Shown here: positions 18,881 through 28,429 of the stretch, in pieces
Numbering within the stretch: the first letter of the stretch is position 1
Layout of the letters: every line of letters begins with the position of its first letter
Origin: Cyanobacteria bacterium P01_A01_bin.123
GTDB taxonomy: Bacteria > Cyanobacteriota > Cyanobacteriia > Phormidesmidales > Phormidesmidaceae
NCBI GenBank assembly: GCA_039815185.1
Contig: JBCBZT010000001.1
Location: 1-64,000, forward strand
DNA: 64,000 nucleotides
Reading direction: 5' to 3'
Position numbers and translations under genes: made by a program
Notes under the pieces: model-generated
What the model saw: the letters and a program-made list of their open reading frames with translations, nothing else
The model's database searches: none
Told to the model about the DNA's origin: nothing

Positions 18881-19165
18881 TTATGAATCGTCCGATTCAC
18901 CCAAAAGACGCTTTAAACTGTTGCTGATATTGCCCATCAATTGATCAATTGCTTCTCTGAGCTCGTGCCAGGCATCTTCTGCAGCCACAGATAATCCCTT
19001 GAGATTCACGTCGGCCTGTTCAAGGTACTTTTCTAAATTCTCAATTTCTTCATGCTGGATAGCCAGCATGATCTCTTTCCGCTCAGCCTTCAGCTTTGCG
19101 AGCGATGTTTTTGTCGTCGCAATCTGCGTCTCCAGTTGTTGAACGTAGTCAAGTCGTTCACTCAT
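18881..19165 (-). CDS. Small coiled-coil hypothetical protein
   Basis: GAAGGAG before MSERLDYVQQLETQI...AEDAWHELREAI; directly downstream of the Na/Pi symporter. Confidence 0.7.
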   Translation of the reverse strand: MSERLDYVQQLETQIATTKTSLAKLKAERKEIMLAIQHEEIENLEKYLEQADVNLKGLSVAAEDAWHELREAIDQLMGNISNSLKRLLGESDDS

Positions 19166-19201
19166 GGCAAAATCTCCTTCAAGACAGTCAAGTATCACAG
19201 G

Positions 19202-20353
19202 CTAGGTGAGGGCAGTTATCCCTAGCAAAATGCCAGGTACTAGGAAAAACACTGCAAGGATGTACGCAAAGGCCAGATACTTGCGCTCAGAGGCTACCGC
19301 TGCCAGAGTTTCAGCCCCCTTGAGCGGTAGCTTGCAGGTGAAAGGAATGCCGTAAATGATGATGACGCCCAACGTATTGTAAATCAGGTGCACCATTGCA
19401 ATTTCTAGGGCAGGTACAGCTTCTGCACCAGAGACAGCCGTAGCTGCCAGTAGCGCGGTAACACAGGTGCCAATGTTAGCGCCCAGCGTGAAGGGATAGA
19501 TCTGGGCTAGCCCAAACACACCGGCTCCGGCTAGTGGCACCATCAAACTCGTGGTGGTCGATGAAGATTGCACCAAAATCGTAATCAGTGTGCCTGCCAG
19601 AATGCCGGCAATGGGGCCCCGTCCGATAGCGGTATGCAAAATATCCTTAGCCCGACCCACCATCAACACCTTAAGCAACTTACCGATGAAGGTAATTGTC
19701 AAAAAGATGAGTCCAATGCCAAGCAAAATCAGCAAAATACCATCGAATGGGGCTGGCAAGATGTGGGTTGCCCCTTTAAAGACATTGACAACAGGTGCAG
19801 TTGCTGTTTTGATCACGTTCAGATTCTTCATACTCATCGAACCGCCGCCCGCAACTGCGTTTGCGATGAACAAACCCATCCTCTCTAGCGGGTGAAACAG
19901 AATTTCGAGGGGCAAAAAGATAATGACGCTGAGTAGATTAAAGAAGTCGTGTACAGTAGCAGCAGCAAACGCCCTTTTGAACTCGGTTTTATCGCCGACG
20001 TGTCCTAGGCTGACTAAAGTATTCGTAATGGTTGTCCCGATGTTCGCACCCATGATCATAGGCACAGCAGTAGCCACGGGTAAACCACCTGCAACCAAGC
20101 CAACAATAATCGAAGTCACCGTACTAGAGGATTGAATGAGGGCTGTTGCAACCGTCCCCACAATCAGCCCCATAAAAGGATTGGTTGCAAAGGCAAACAG
20201 CTCTTCGGCTCGTTCACCGGTAGCCGACTTAAAGCCTGCCCCGATCATGCCAACGGCAACAATTAATAGATAAACTAATAAGACAACACCAAGCCACTGC
20301 AGGACTGGCTTTTTTTGTTGAGTTTGACTGACTTGGTCTGCGACTTGACTCAT
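19202..20353 (-). CDS. Na+/phosphate symporter (NptA/NaPi-II family)
   Basis: Two QSSS repeats and two GANIGT motifs; AATVHDFFN. Confidence 0.93.
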   Translation of the reverse strand: MSQVADQVSQTQQKKPVLQWLGVVLLVYLLIVAVGMIGAGFKSATGERAEELFAFATNPFMGLIVGTVATALIQSSSTVTSIIVGLVAGGLPVATAVPMIMGANIGTTITNTLVSLGHVGDKTEFKRAFAAATVHDFFNLLSVIIFLPLEILFHPLERMGLFIANAVAGGGSMSMKNLNVIKTATAPVVNVFKGATHILPAPFDGILLILLGIGLIFLTITFIGKLLKVLMVGRAKDILHTAIGRGPIAGILAGTLITILVQSSSTTTSLMVPLAGAGVFGLAQIYPFTLGANIGTCVTALLAATAVSGAEAVPALEIAMVHLIYNTLGVIIIYGIPFTCKLPLKGAETLAAVASERKYLAFAYILAVFFLVPGILLGITALT

Positions 20354-20525
20354 AACATAAATGCTCCAATGCCACTAGAACAGGCAGCTCTGAGCAAGAA
20401 GCTCAAATTCAGTGTAAAGTTGAACTTTTTGCTGAGCATCCCTTACAGGAACGCGATCGCTTCGGTTTTTGGATAGCGTTGATGTAGAGATGTTAGGGAA
20501 ACCAACTTAACTCCAGATAGTGGGC

Positions 20526-20569
20526 AGGTTAAGTTCTCCGTAAATAGAGTTAAGTTCTCCGTAAATAGA
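20526..20569 (-). promoter_or_regulatory. Pho-box-like (SphR) element formed by a perfect 21-bp tandem duplication
   Basis: Minus strand TTTACGGA-gaa-CTTAACTC-ta-TTTACGGA-gaa-CTTAACCT, ~175 bp upstream of the symporter; cyanobacterial consensus PyTTAAPyPy(T/A). Confidence 0.6.
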
Positions 20570-21330
20570 TATTTCTCAATCCTTAATGCCCATACGCTAA
20601 CCCATCAGTCAGGCATTCATTAGAGAGCAGAAAGTATCTGCTAATGCTAGGAGTCTGTCTGGGGGGAGCGAGTAGCCTGATCATGGCTGAGTCCAGGTTC
20701 TATCTCTCCTGCAAGTAAACTGCGGGCTAATGTATAGAAGTTGCGTGAGGACTGTAGTCTTTTGGCTGTCAGGCTAAAAGCGCATTGAACTTCCTGGTTC
20801 GCAGTTCACTTGCAGACGGCAGGGGTAGATTCACACAATGAGAAGAGCTAATTTGAAGAGAATTGCCGATTTGAACCTTGGTTGAGAAGACAAAAATTTG
20901 TATATCAAAAAACAATTCTCAGGGTTGCGTTGGTAGCTTTTCATACTTTTATGATGCGCGATAAACCTTAAGAATTACCGATACGCTCACCGTTGAGACG
21001 GTTTACTCGCTAAGCTACTAATAAATCTGCATGTCTTGACTATAATCTTTGATAGGCAAAGCCATTTATCTATATTTGACAGCCTGTCAGTTGACGTGAT
21101 ACCGCGTCTGTCACAGAATTAGTCGACTATTGGCGTTTAAAGCAGGGTATAAAAGGATGGCGATGAACCTGAATAACATTGAAGGTGAGCAAATCCATAC
21201 CATTTTAGTATTGGTAATCCTCAACTTGACTGCTTTCTTCGCATTAGCTTCAAGACTTCAAAATGATTTCTCAATGTCGTGCTGGTGTAACTTTTTATAG
21301 CTAGTTATCGGATCACTTTTTGACTGGAAT

Positions 21331-21831
21331 ATGTTCAACTATCTGCCTCCACTCAACGATCACAACTTGCCCTATCCGGATACGATCCATCCGATTGTGG
21401 TTCATTTTGTGATTGCGATGGTTTTGTTCTCTGTCCTGTGTGACGCGATCGGTTATTTCACCCGTAATTCTCGTCTCTATGAAGTCAGCTGGTGGAATTT
21501 ATTTTTCGCGACAGTTTCTATCTTTATTGCAGTGATCTTCGGGCAAGTTGAGGCCGGATTAGCCAATCCTTACACTGCTGCAGTAGAGTCAACCTTGAAT
21601 CTGCATACGCTGATTGGCTGGTCTATGTCTGGAATTCTTGCCGGTGTAACGGCATGGCGATATATTCTCAGGTCTCGCGATCCCAAGGTTTTGCCGATGC
21701 CCTTTCTGGGTATGGGGGCTTTGCTGGTCGGACTGGTGTTTTTCCAGGTTTATTTGGGTGACTTACTGGTTTGGGTTTATGGGTTACACACCGTTCCGGT
21801 GGTCGAAGCAGCTCGAGAGGGAGTTTTGTAA
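21331..21831 (+). CDS. DUF2231 membrane protein 1
   Basis: IHPIVVHFVIA, four TM segments, further His in LNLHTL and YGLH. Confidence 0.85.
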   Translation: MFNYLPPLNDHNLPYPDTIHPIVVHFVIAMVLFSVLCDAIGYFTRNSRLYEVSWWNLFFATVSIFIAVIFGQVEAGLANPYTAAVESTLNLHTLIGWSMSGILAGVTAWRYILRSRDPKVLPMPFLGMGALLVGLVFFQVYLGDLLVWVYGLHTVPVVEAAREGVL

Positions 21832-22436
21832 TGGGTTCAAGCCTAATTGACCAACTCGGTGGACAACTTGGATCAAATGGATTGCCTTATTCGGTACCTA
21901 TCCACCCCAATTTAGTGCATCTCACCCTGGGGCTGTTTATCGTCGCGATCGCATTTGATATTGTCGGAGCTTTGTTTCCGTTGGAAAAACCCATCTTTAA
22001 GCTGCTGGCTATCCCAGCAACCCGCTCCAACTTTTTTGACGTGGGTTGGTACAACATGCTGGCAGCCGCCATCATCACCTTCTTCACGGTTGCAGCAGGT
22101 TTCTATGAAATTATGCTGGCAGCACCTCCGGCAACGGTGCAGAGTGTTTGGGGTCTGCAAGCGATGGAAACCATGCTCTGGCATGGGGTTGGTGGCGTCT
22201 TGTTGCTCGTATTGATCGTCGCTATGGCTGTCTGGAGAGGATTTCAACGGTTTGTTTGGCGTCAAGATCGGGCTCGGCAAGTGCAGTGGGGCTATCTACT
22301 CGCTGGGCTCGGAATTTTCGCGCTGATGTTTGTCCATGGCACCTTGGGCGCCCAACTGGGGGCAGAATTTGGGGTTCATATCAGCGCCGATCGCCTGTTG
22401 CGATTGGGTGAAGACCCAAACTTGATTCTAAAGTGA
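21831..22436 (+). CDS. DUF2231 membrane protein 2
   Basis: IHPNLVHLTLG, LWHGVGG, GAEFGVH; TAATG stop/start overlap with the previous gene. Confidence 0.85.
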   Translation: MGSSLIDQLGGQLGSNGLPYSVPIHPNLVHLTLGLFIVAIAFDIVGALFPLEKPIFKLLAIPATRSNFFDVGWYNMLAAAIITFFTVAAGFYEIMLAAPPATVQSVWGLQAMETMLWHGVGGVLLLVLIVAMAVWRGFQRFVWRQDRARQVQWGYLLAGLGIFALMFVHGTLGAQLGAEFGVHISADRLLRLGEDPNLILK

Positions 22437-22458
22437 CGGCTTTTGAAGTGATGACGTT

Positions 22459-23382
22459 ATGAAGATACGCACGATTTTTACTTTGATTGCGGTGGCGATC
22501 GCTCTAGCAGCAATCAGCCTCTGGATGGGCCAAAAGGCTTATAGCTGGTTCCCACCCCAAGCCTCAGCTGAAGCCCTCTTGATTGATAACTTGTTTAGTT
22601 TTTTGGTGACCATTGCGACGTTCATTGTCTTGGGCGTCACCGGAACCGTTATCTATGCGGCCTTGTTCCAACGGGCAGGCAAGTACGATTCTAGCGACGG
22701 CCCCCCGATTGAGGGCAGTGTCACCCTAGAAGTGGTGTGGACCACAATTCCTTTTTTGCTCGTGATTTGGATTGCTACCTACAGCTATCAAATCTATGAT
22801 CAAATGTCGGTTTTAGGACCAATGGAGCATGTCCATTTGGGCATGGCCGCGGCTGAGGCAGCCCCTATGGAGGCTGGAGCAGCTGAATCAGAACCAATGG
22901 AGCGCATTGAAGTGCTCTCTCGCCAATGGGCTTGGGAATTTCGTTATCCCGATCGGGATGTGACCAGTACGGAGTTGCATCTTCCCAATAATCAACGGGT
23001 AGCGCTGGCCTTGACCTCTGAAGACGTGATTCACGGGTTTTATATTCCGGCCTTTCGGCTTAAGCAAGATGCAGTGCCCAATGAGGTGATCAACTTTGAG
23101 TTGACGCCCATTCGCGAGGGCACCTATCGCCTGCGGGATTCTCAATACAGCGGCACCTACTTTGCGGCCATGCAGACCGATGTGGTTGTCGAGTCGCCAG
23201 AAGCTCATGAGCAGTGGTTGACAATGGCGGCAGCTCAAGCCCCCCAGGCAAGCTACAACCGAGCCTTTACAGAGTACCAGCGGAAATATGAGCAAGATAA
23301 TCCGGCTGGCTGGCAGTCTGTTGTGCCTGCCGCACCGCCTGTTGTGAACTATTCCAGTGACAACGAGCCCACCGAAAATTAG
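22459..23382 (+). CDS. coxB: Heme-copper oxidase subunit II lacking CuA ligands (ARTO-type)
   Basis: LEVVWTTIP, QWAWEFRYP, SEDVIHGF; DSQYSGTYFAAM in place of CxExCGxxHxxM. Confidence 0.9.
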   Translation: MKIRTIFTLIAVAIALAAISLWMGQKAYSWFPPQASAEALLIDNLFSFLVTIATFIVLGVTGTVIYAALFQRAGKYDSSDGPPIEGSVTLEVVWTTIPFLLVIWIATYSYQIYDQMSVLGPMEHVHLGMAAAEAAPMEAGAAESEPMERIEVLSRQWAWEFRYPDRDVTSTELHLPNNQRVALALTSEDVIHGFYIPAFRLKQDAVPNEVINFELTPIREGTYRLRDSQYSGTYFAAMQTDVVVESPEAHEQWLTMAAAQAPQASYNRAFTEYQRKYEQDNPAGWQSVVPAAPPVVNYSSDNEPTEN

Positions 23383-23425
23383 CAGTCTCTGCGCTATCTC
23401 ACTTGCGAGGTGAAGGACAAGTTAC

Positions 23426-25108
23426 ATGGTTACTTCGATCGAAGAAATGACGCCGAGCGGCGAACAGCCATCCCCAGGTACCCCTGAAAACTGGCGGCGA
23501 TTTTTTAGCTTCAGCACCGATCACAAGGTGATTGGCATTCAATACATCGTTACGGCCTTTGTGTTCTTTTTGATCGGTGGCATCTTTGCCATGATTATTC
23601 GGGGTGAGTTGATTACCCCCGAAGCTGATCTAATCGATCGTACGGTCTACAACGCCATGTTCACCATGCACGGCACCGTCATGCTGTTTTTGTGGACGTT
23701 TCCGGTGTTGGCCGGGTTGGCCAACTACCTGGTGCCGTTGATGATCGGGGCGCGAGACATGGCCTTCCCTCGATTGAATGCCGTGGCCTTTTGGATGGTG
23801 CCCATCTTCGGCACAATTTTGATGGCAAGCTTTTTGGTGCCCGGTGGGCCATCCCAGTCTGGGTGGTGGGCTTATCCACCCGTGAGTTTACAGAACCCGA
23901 CGGGCTTATTGCTCAATGGCCAGTTTCTCTGGATCTTGGCCGTGGCATTGTCCGGGATCTCATCGATTATGGGTGCGGTCAATATTGTGACGACGATCTT
24001 CCGGATGCGATCGCCGGGGATGTCCTTCTTTCGCATGCCGGCCTTCGTTTGGACAGTGATGAGCGCTCAGATTATTCAGCTATTTGGTCTACCCGCCCTC
24101 ACCGCCGGAGCCGTGATGCTGCTGTTTGACTTAAGCGTCGGCACTAGCTTCTTTGACCCCGCCGAAGGGGGCGACCCGGTTTTGTACCAGCACTTTTTCT
24201 GGTTCTACTCCCACCCGGCAGTTTACGTGATCATCCTGCCCATCTTCGGCATTTTTTCTGAACTCTTTCCCGTCTATGCCCGCAAGCCACTGTTTGGCTA
24301 CAAGGTCGTTGTGCTTTCGTCCCTAGTGATTGTCGCACTGAGTGCTGTGGTCTGGGTGCACCATATGTATGCCAGCGGCACCCCTAGCTGGATGCGGATG
24401 CTGTTTATGTTCTCAACGATGCTGATTTCCGTACCGACGGGCATCAAGGTGTTTGCCTGGGTGGCAACGATTTGGGGCGGCAAAATCAAACTCACCAGCG
24501 CCATGCTGTTTGCCATGGGGGGCCTGATCATGTTTGTGTTTGCCGGCGTCACTGGCATTATGCTGGCTGCGGTGCCGGTCGATATTCACGTTAACAATAC
24601 CTATTTTGTCGTGGGCCACTTTCACTACGTCATCTATGGCGCTGTGGTGATGGGGGTTTACGCTGCCATATATCACTGGTTCCCTAAGATGACGGGGCGT
24701 ATGTACAACGAGGGGCTGGGCAAACTCCACTTCGTCCTGACATTTGTTGGTGCTAACCTCAACTTCTTCCCCATGCATCCTCTGGGTCTACAGGGCATGC
24801 CGCGCCGGGTGGCCTCCTACGACCCTGAATTTGCCTTTTGGAATGTGCTGGCCAGCCTTGGTGGATTTCTGCTGGGTATTTCCACGTTGCCGTTTATCTT
24901 GAATATGATTGGCTCCTGGATCCAGGGTGAAAAAGCACCGAACAATCCTTGGCGGGCAATCGGACTTGAGTGGCTTGTTTCTTCGCCGCCGTCCCATGAA
25001 AACTTTGAATCGTTGCCCGTGGTTGTGGCTGAACCCTACGGCTATGGCAAATCTGAACCCCTCGTGTCTAACCTTGATGCCCTAGAGGTCGCCCATGAAT
25101 CCAACTGA
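23426..25108 (+). CDS. coxA: Heme-copper oxidase subunit I (A2 type)
   Basis: TDHKVIG, MHGTVM, WFYSHPAVY, VWVHHM, GHFHY. Confidence 0.97.
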   Translation: MVTSIEEMTPSGEQPSPGTPENWRRFFSFSTDHKVIGIQYIVTAFVFFLIGGIFAMIIRGELITPEADLIDRTVYNAMFTMHGTVMLFLWTFPVLAGLANYLVPLMIGARDMAFPRLNAVAFWMVPIFGTILMASFLVPGGPSQSGWWAYPPVSLQNPTGLLLNGQFLWILAVALSGISSIMGAVNIVTTIFRMRSPGMSFFRMPAFVWTVMSAQIIQLFGLPALTAGAVMLLFDLSVGTSFFDPAEGGDPVLYQHFFWFYSHPAVYVIILPIFGIFSELFPVYARKPLFGYKVVVLSSLVIVALSAVVWVHHMYASGTPSWMRMLFMFSTMLISVPTGIKVFAWVATIWGGKIKLTSAMLFAMGGLIMFVFAGVTGIMLAAVPVDIHVNNTYFVVGHFHYVIYGAVVMGVYAAIYHWFPKMTGRMYNEGLGKLHFVLTFVGANLNFFPMHPLGLQGMPRRVASYDPEFAFWNVLASLGGFLLGISTLPFILNMIGSWIQGEKAPNNPWRAIGLEWLVSSPPSHENFESLPVVVAEPYGYGKSEPLVSNLDALEVAHESN

Positions 25109-25742
25109 GCCCATGAGTCCCACTGAGCTTGATGCATCCCTAAATGCTGGGACGGTATCAAGCCATAGCCAAGCAGCTCATACCGACCATGAGCACGATG
25201 CGGAAGGCAACAGCATGTTTGGCTTCATCGTCTTCTTGCTGTCTGAAAGCGTTATCTTCCTGAGCTTTTTTGCGGGGTATATCGTCTACAAGACTAACGC
25301 GACTGACTGGTTGCCCTCAGGCGTGGAAGGCCTAGAGATTCGAGAGCCTTTCATCAATACGGTGGTCTTGGTGTCGAGCAGCTTTGTGATTTACTTCGCC
25401 GAACGTTTTCTCCATCGCGAAAATTTGTGGGGCTTTCGGGCCTTTTGGTTGCTGACGATGGCCATGGGCAGCTACTTTTTGTATGGTCAGGCGGTGGAAT
25501 GGCTCAGCCTTGACTTTGGCTTTACCGATGGATTGTTTGGCGGTACGTTTTATTTGCTCACCGGGTTCCATGGGTTGCATGTGCTGACGGGGGTTTTACT
25601 GCAATCCCTGATGCTGGGTCGTTCGTTTATTCCCGGCAACTATGAGACGGGTGAGTTTGGCGTGGCGGCGACGTCTTTGTTTTGGCATTTCGTTGATGTC
25701 ATCTGGATTATTTTGTTTATTCTCATTTACGTCTGGCAGTGA
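25095..25742 (+). CDS. coxC: Heme-copper oxidase subunit III
   Basis: FLLSESVIF, TGFHGLHV, FWHFVDVIW. Confidence 0.95.
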   Translation: MNPTEPMSPTELDASLNAGTVSSHSQAAHTDHEHDAEGNSMFGFIVFLLSESVIFLSFFAGYIVYKTNATDWLPSGVEGLEIREPFINTVVLVSSSFVIYFAERFLHRENLWGFRAFWLLTMAMGSYFLYGQAVEWLSLDFGFTDGLFGGTFYLLTGFHGLHVLTGVLLQSLMLGRSFIPGNYETGEFGVAATSLFWHFVDVIWIILFILIYVWQ

Positions 25743-25751
25743 GGCCGCGTC

Positions 25752-27263
25752 ATGATCATTGATGACCAATATTACGACCTGATCATTGTCGGTACGGGTG
25801 CAGGGGGCGGCACGCTGGCCCAAAAACTGGCCCCCACTGGCAAGAAAATTTTGATTCTAGAACGCGGCGATTTTATGCCACTAGAAGAGCAAAATCGTAG
25901 CAATGTCGATATTTTCAAGCGCGAACGCTATCACGCCCCTGAACAGTGGTACGACAGCGCCGGAGAACCGTTTTCGCCCCAGATGAATTACGCCGTTGGC
26001 GGTAACACCAAGATTTATGGGGCAGCGCTACCCCGGTGGCGGGAAAAAGATTTTGAAACGGTCAAACATCAAGATGGCACGTCGCCCGAGTGGTGTTTGA
26101 AATATTCCGATTTTGAACCCTACTACACCGAAGCAGAACAGCTCTACAAGGTTCACGGTAAGGTTGACGGCGATCCGACAGAGCCCCCCCATAGTGGGGA
26201 ATATCCCTTTGAGGCGATCGCCCATGAGCCTCAAATTGCAGAAATCTACGACGCGATCGCCCAACAAGATCTACACCCCGCCCCATTACCCCTGGGGCTT
26301 ACCCGTCAAGACGACGATCCCACTAACGATTCCGAGGTTAGCGGCATTACACCCGCGATCGCGCATCCCAACGTCACCCTGAAAACGAGTGCCAAAGTCG
26401 TTTGTTTGCACACCAACCCGTCTGGGCGAGTGGTTAAAGCCATCGAAGTTGAAATTGGCAAGCAGTGCTATTTGTTTTTTGCCGATATTGTGGTGTTGGC
26501 CTGTGGTGCCGTCAACTCAGCGGCCCTGCTCCTCAAGTCTGCAAATGACAAGCATCCCCAAGGGTTAGCCAATAGCTCTGAATTAGTCGGGCGCAATTTG
26601 ATGAAAACCCTGATGACATCCGTGGTTCAACTCAGAACCAAGGCCAACTCAGGGGCGTTTCAAAAAACGGTTTGCGTCAACGATTTTTATTGGGGCGACA
26701 CCGAGTTCCCCTATCCGATGGGCCACATTCAAAACTCAGGCGGATTGCTGGCTGATGTGATCTTTGCCGAAGCTCCCCCGCTGACGTCGGTGCTGGCCAA
26801 GTTTATGCCTGGGTTTGGCCTCAAGCAGTTGGCCACTCGCTCCATTGGCTGGTGGGCACAAACCGAAGATCTGCCCAAGCTCGACAACCGAGTCCGTATT
26901 GAGGGCAAAAAACTGGTCATCGACTACACGCCTAATAATCTCGAAGCCCACGATCGCTTGGTTTATCGCTGGATCGATGTACTCAAGACCATCGAAAAAC
27001 AGGTCGGCGGGTTTCAATCTGGCGTCATGCATCCCCGTGCTGAAGCGCCACTCCAGGTGATGGCAAACCAGTGTGGCACCTGCCGCTTTGGTGACGATCC
27101 GGCAACTTCAGTGCTCGATCGCAACTGTCGCACCCATGAGCTAGACAACCTTTATGTGGTAGACGGTAGTTTCTTTCCGTCGAATGCCAGCGTTAGCCCG
27201 GCGTTAACGATTATCGCTAATGCGCTTCGGGTGGGTGAGCATTTGATTCAGCGGCTGTCGTAG
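25752..27263 (+). CDS. GMC family FAD oxidoreductase
   Basis: DLIIVGTGAGG Rossmann motif, VGGNTKIYGA, VGRNLM, GTCRFG, NLYVVDGSFFP, PALTIIANA. Confidence 0.92.
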   Translation: MIIDDQYYDLIIVGTGAGGGTLAQKLAPTGKKILILERGDFMPLEEQNRSNVDIFKRERYHAPEQWYDSAGEPFSPQMNYAVGGNTKIYGAALPRWREKDFETVKHQDGTSPEWCLKYSDFEPYYTEAEQLYKVHGKVDGDPTEPPHSGEYPFEAIAHEPQIAEIYDAIAQQDLHPAPLPLGLTRQDDDPTNDSEVSGITPAIAHPNVTLKTSAKVVCLHTNPSGRVVKAIEVEIGKQCYLFFADIVVLACGAVNSAALLLKSANDKHPQGLANSSELVGRNLMKTLMTSVVQLRTKANSGAFQKTVCVNDFYWGDTEFPYPMGHIQNSGGLLADVIFAEAPPLTSVLAKFMPGFGLKQLATRSIGWWAQTEDLPKLDNRVRIEGKKLVIDYTPNNLEAHDRLVYRWIDVLKTIEKQVGGFQSGVMHPRAEAPLQVMANQCGTCRFGDDPATSVLDRNCRTHELDNLYVVDGSFFPSNASVSPALTIIANALRVGEHLIQRLS

Positions 27264-28005
27264 TTTTGTCTGAGGTTAGCGGCTTTTCCCAAACTGATAC
27301 ATGATAACGACTGGTGTTTGTAAAGGGTTCTTTTTGCCAACCTCCCCACCGTGCTTTCAGCCTCAGGTTGGCAATTCTTGCCATCAAATCGAGTTCTGAG
27401 GGCCAAACATAGCGAAAAGGGGTTGAAGAGAGATCCACTTTTTGGTTGTGGACTTTCAAATGATGTGACGTTAAAGATTGAGAGACGACATCATAGGTAT
27501 CAACTCCCCAATGATCATCGCGGAGATCAAACACATGGTTGGTTTCGCCAGGGGGTATTTGCTGGAGGGCAGGCACCATGACCTGGATGACAAAATTCCC
27601 ACCCGGGTTGAGGTGTGAGGCTGCGTTTTGGAAGCACCTCACTTGTGCCTCCTGAGTTGTGAGATTCATGATGGTGTTGAAAATCAGGTAGACGAGCGAG
27701 AATGATCCGCTGCATGACGTCGTGGCGAAATCACCTTGCGTCACAGAAATGCGATCGCCCCCAGTCTTCTCGGCAAGTTTGGTGAGCATGGCCTTAGAGA
27801 GATCGATGCCATGAACGTTGACACCTTTCATTGCCAGTGGCAAAGCGATTCGGCCCGTACCAATGCCAAATTCAAGCGCACTCCCACTACCGACGAGTTT
27901 TGCCAGAAAATCTACGACTGGATCGACTGCTTCGGGATTGAAGGAATCGACATCATCGTCGTAGGTTGAAGCAACACTTTCGTCAAAATATCCATCACGA
28001 TGCAT
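27217..28005 (-). CDS. Class I SAM-dependent methyltransferase
   Basis: ALEFGIGTGRIA, GIDLS, FNTIMNL, RYVWPSELDLMA. Confidence 0.9.
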   Translation of the reverse strand: MHRDGYFDESVASTYDDDVDSFNPEAVDPVVDFLAKLVGSGSALEFGIGTGRIALPLAMKGVNVHGIDLSKAMLTKLAEKTGGDRISVTQGDFATTSCSGSFSLVYLIFNTIMNLTTQEAQVRCFQNAASHLNPGGNFVIQVMVPALQQIPPGETNHVFDLRDDHWGVDTYDVVSQSLTSHHLKVHNQKVDLSSTPFRYVWPSELDLMARIANLRLKARWGGWQKEPFTNTSRYHVSVWEKPLTSDKTTTAAESNAHPPEAH

Positions 28006-28167
28006 AGCTCAGAGATGAGACGAATGAGTCCCAGAAGAACGGATGCTTAAAGTGCTCTACTAGCATTGTAGATTGCTAGTGAGGATCTATTGAAGTGTGA
28101 CTCCCAGGCTGTGCGGCGTTTTGCCCCAGAAATTGTGGGTGTGTTCTATCCAGAATCTGAACAGCCC

Positions 28168-28243
28168 TTAGGTCGTTTGATTGGGTCGGGCGCGGCAAGA
28201 CTTAGCCATAAAGCTTTTCGCGTTTAATTGATGATGACCCTAG
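28168..28243. repeat. Dispersed repeat family C, copy 1
   Basis: tgattgggtcgggcgcggcaag...ccata...gcttttcgc.tttaattgatga...ccctag; second copy at 54640-54720. Confidence 0.7.
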
Positions 28244-28429
28244 GCGTCGGTTCTATATTCCCTGTTTTTTCCCGATTGATCAATACAGTATGCAGTAAGT
28301 CGATAGAACCACATTCCTCTCGACTCTGCTCAAGGGGCGCTGACTTTGTATGTGTGAGCGCCAAGCTTCTTAAAATGTGTGCCAGGTTATTGGCTACAGC
28401 AATCCCCTTTATCTCACTGAGTGCTTACC

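Noticed and set aside
20933..20946. GTA-N8-TAC NtcA-like box upstream of the oxidase operon
   Set aside because: No correctly spaced -10 element, ~385 bp from the start codon, and such a short motif arises by chance.
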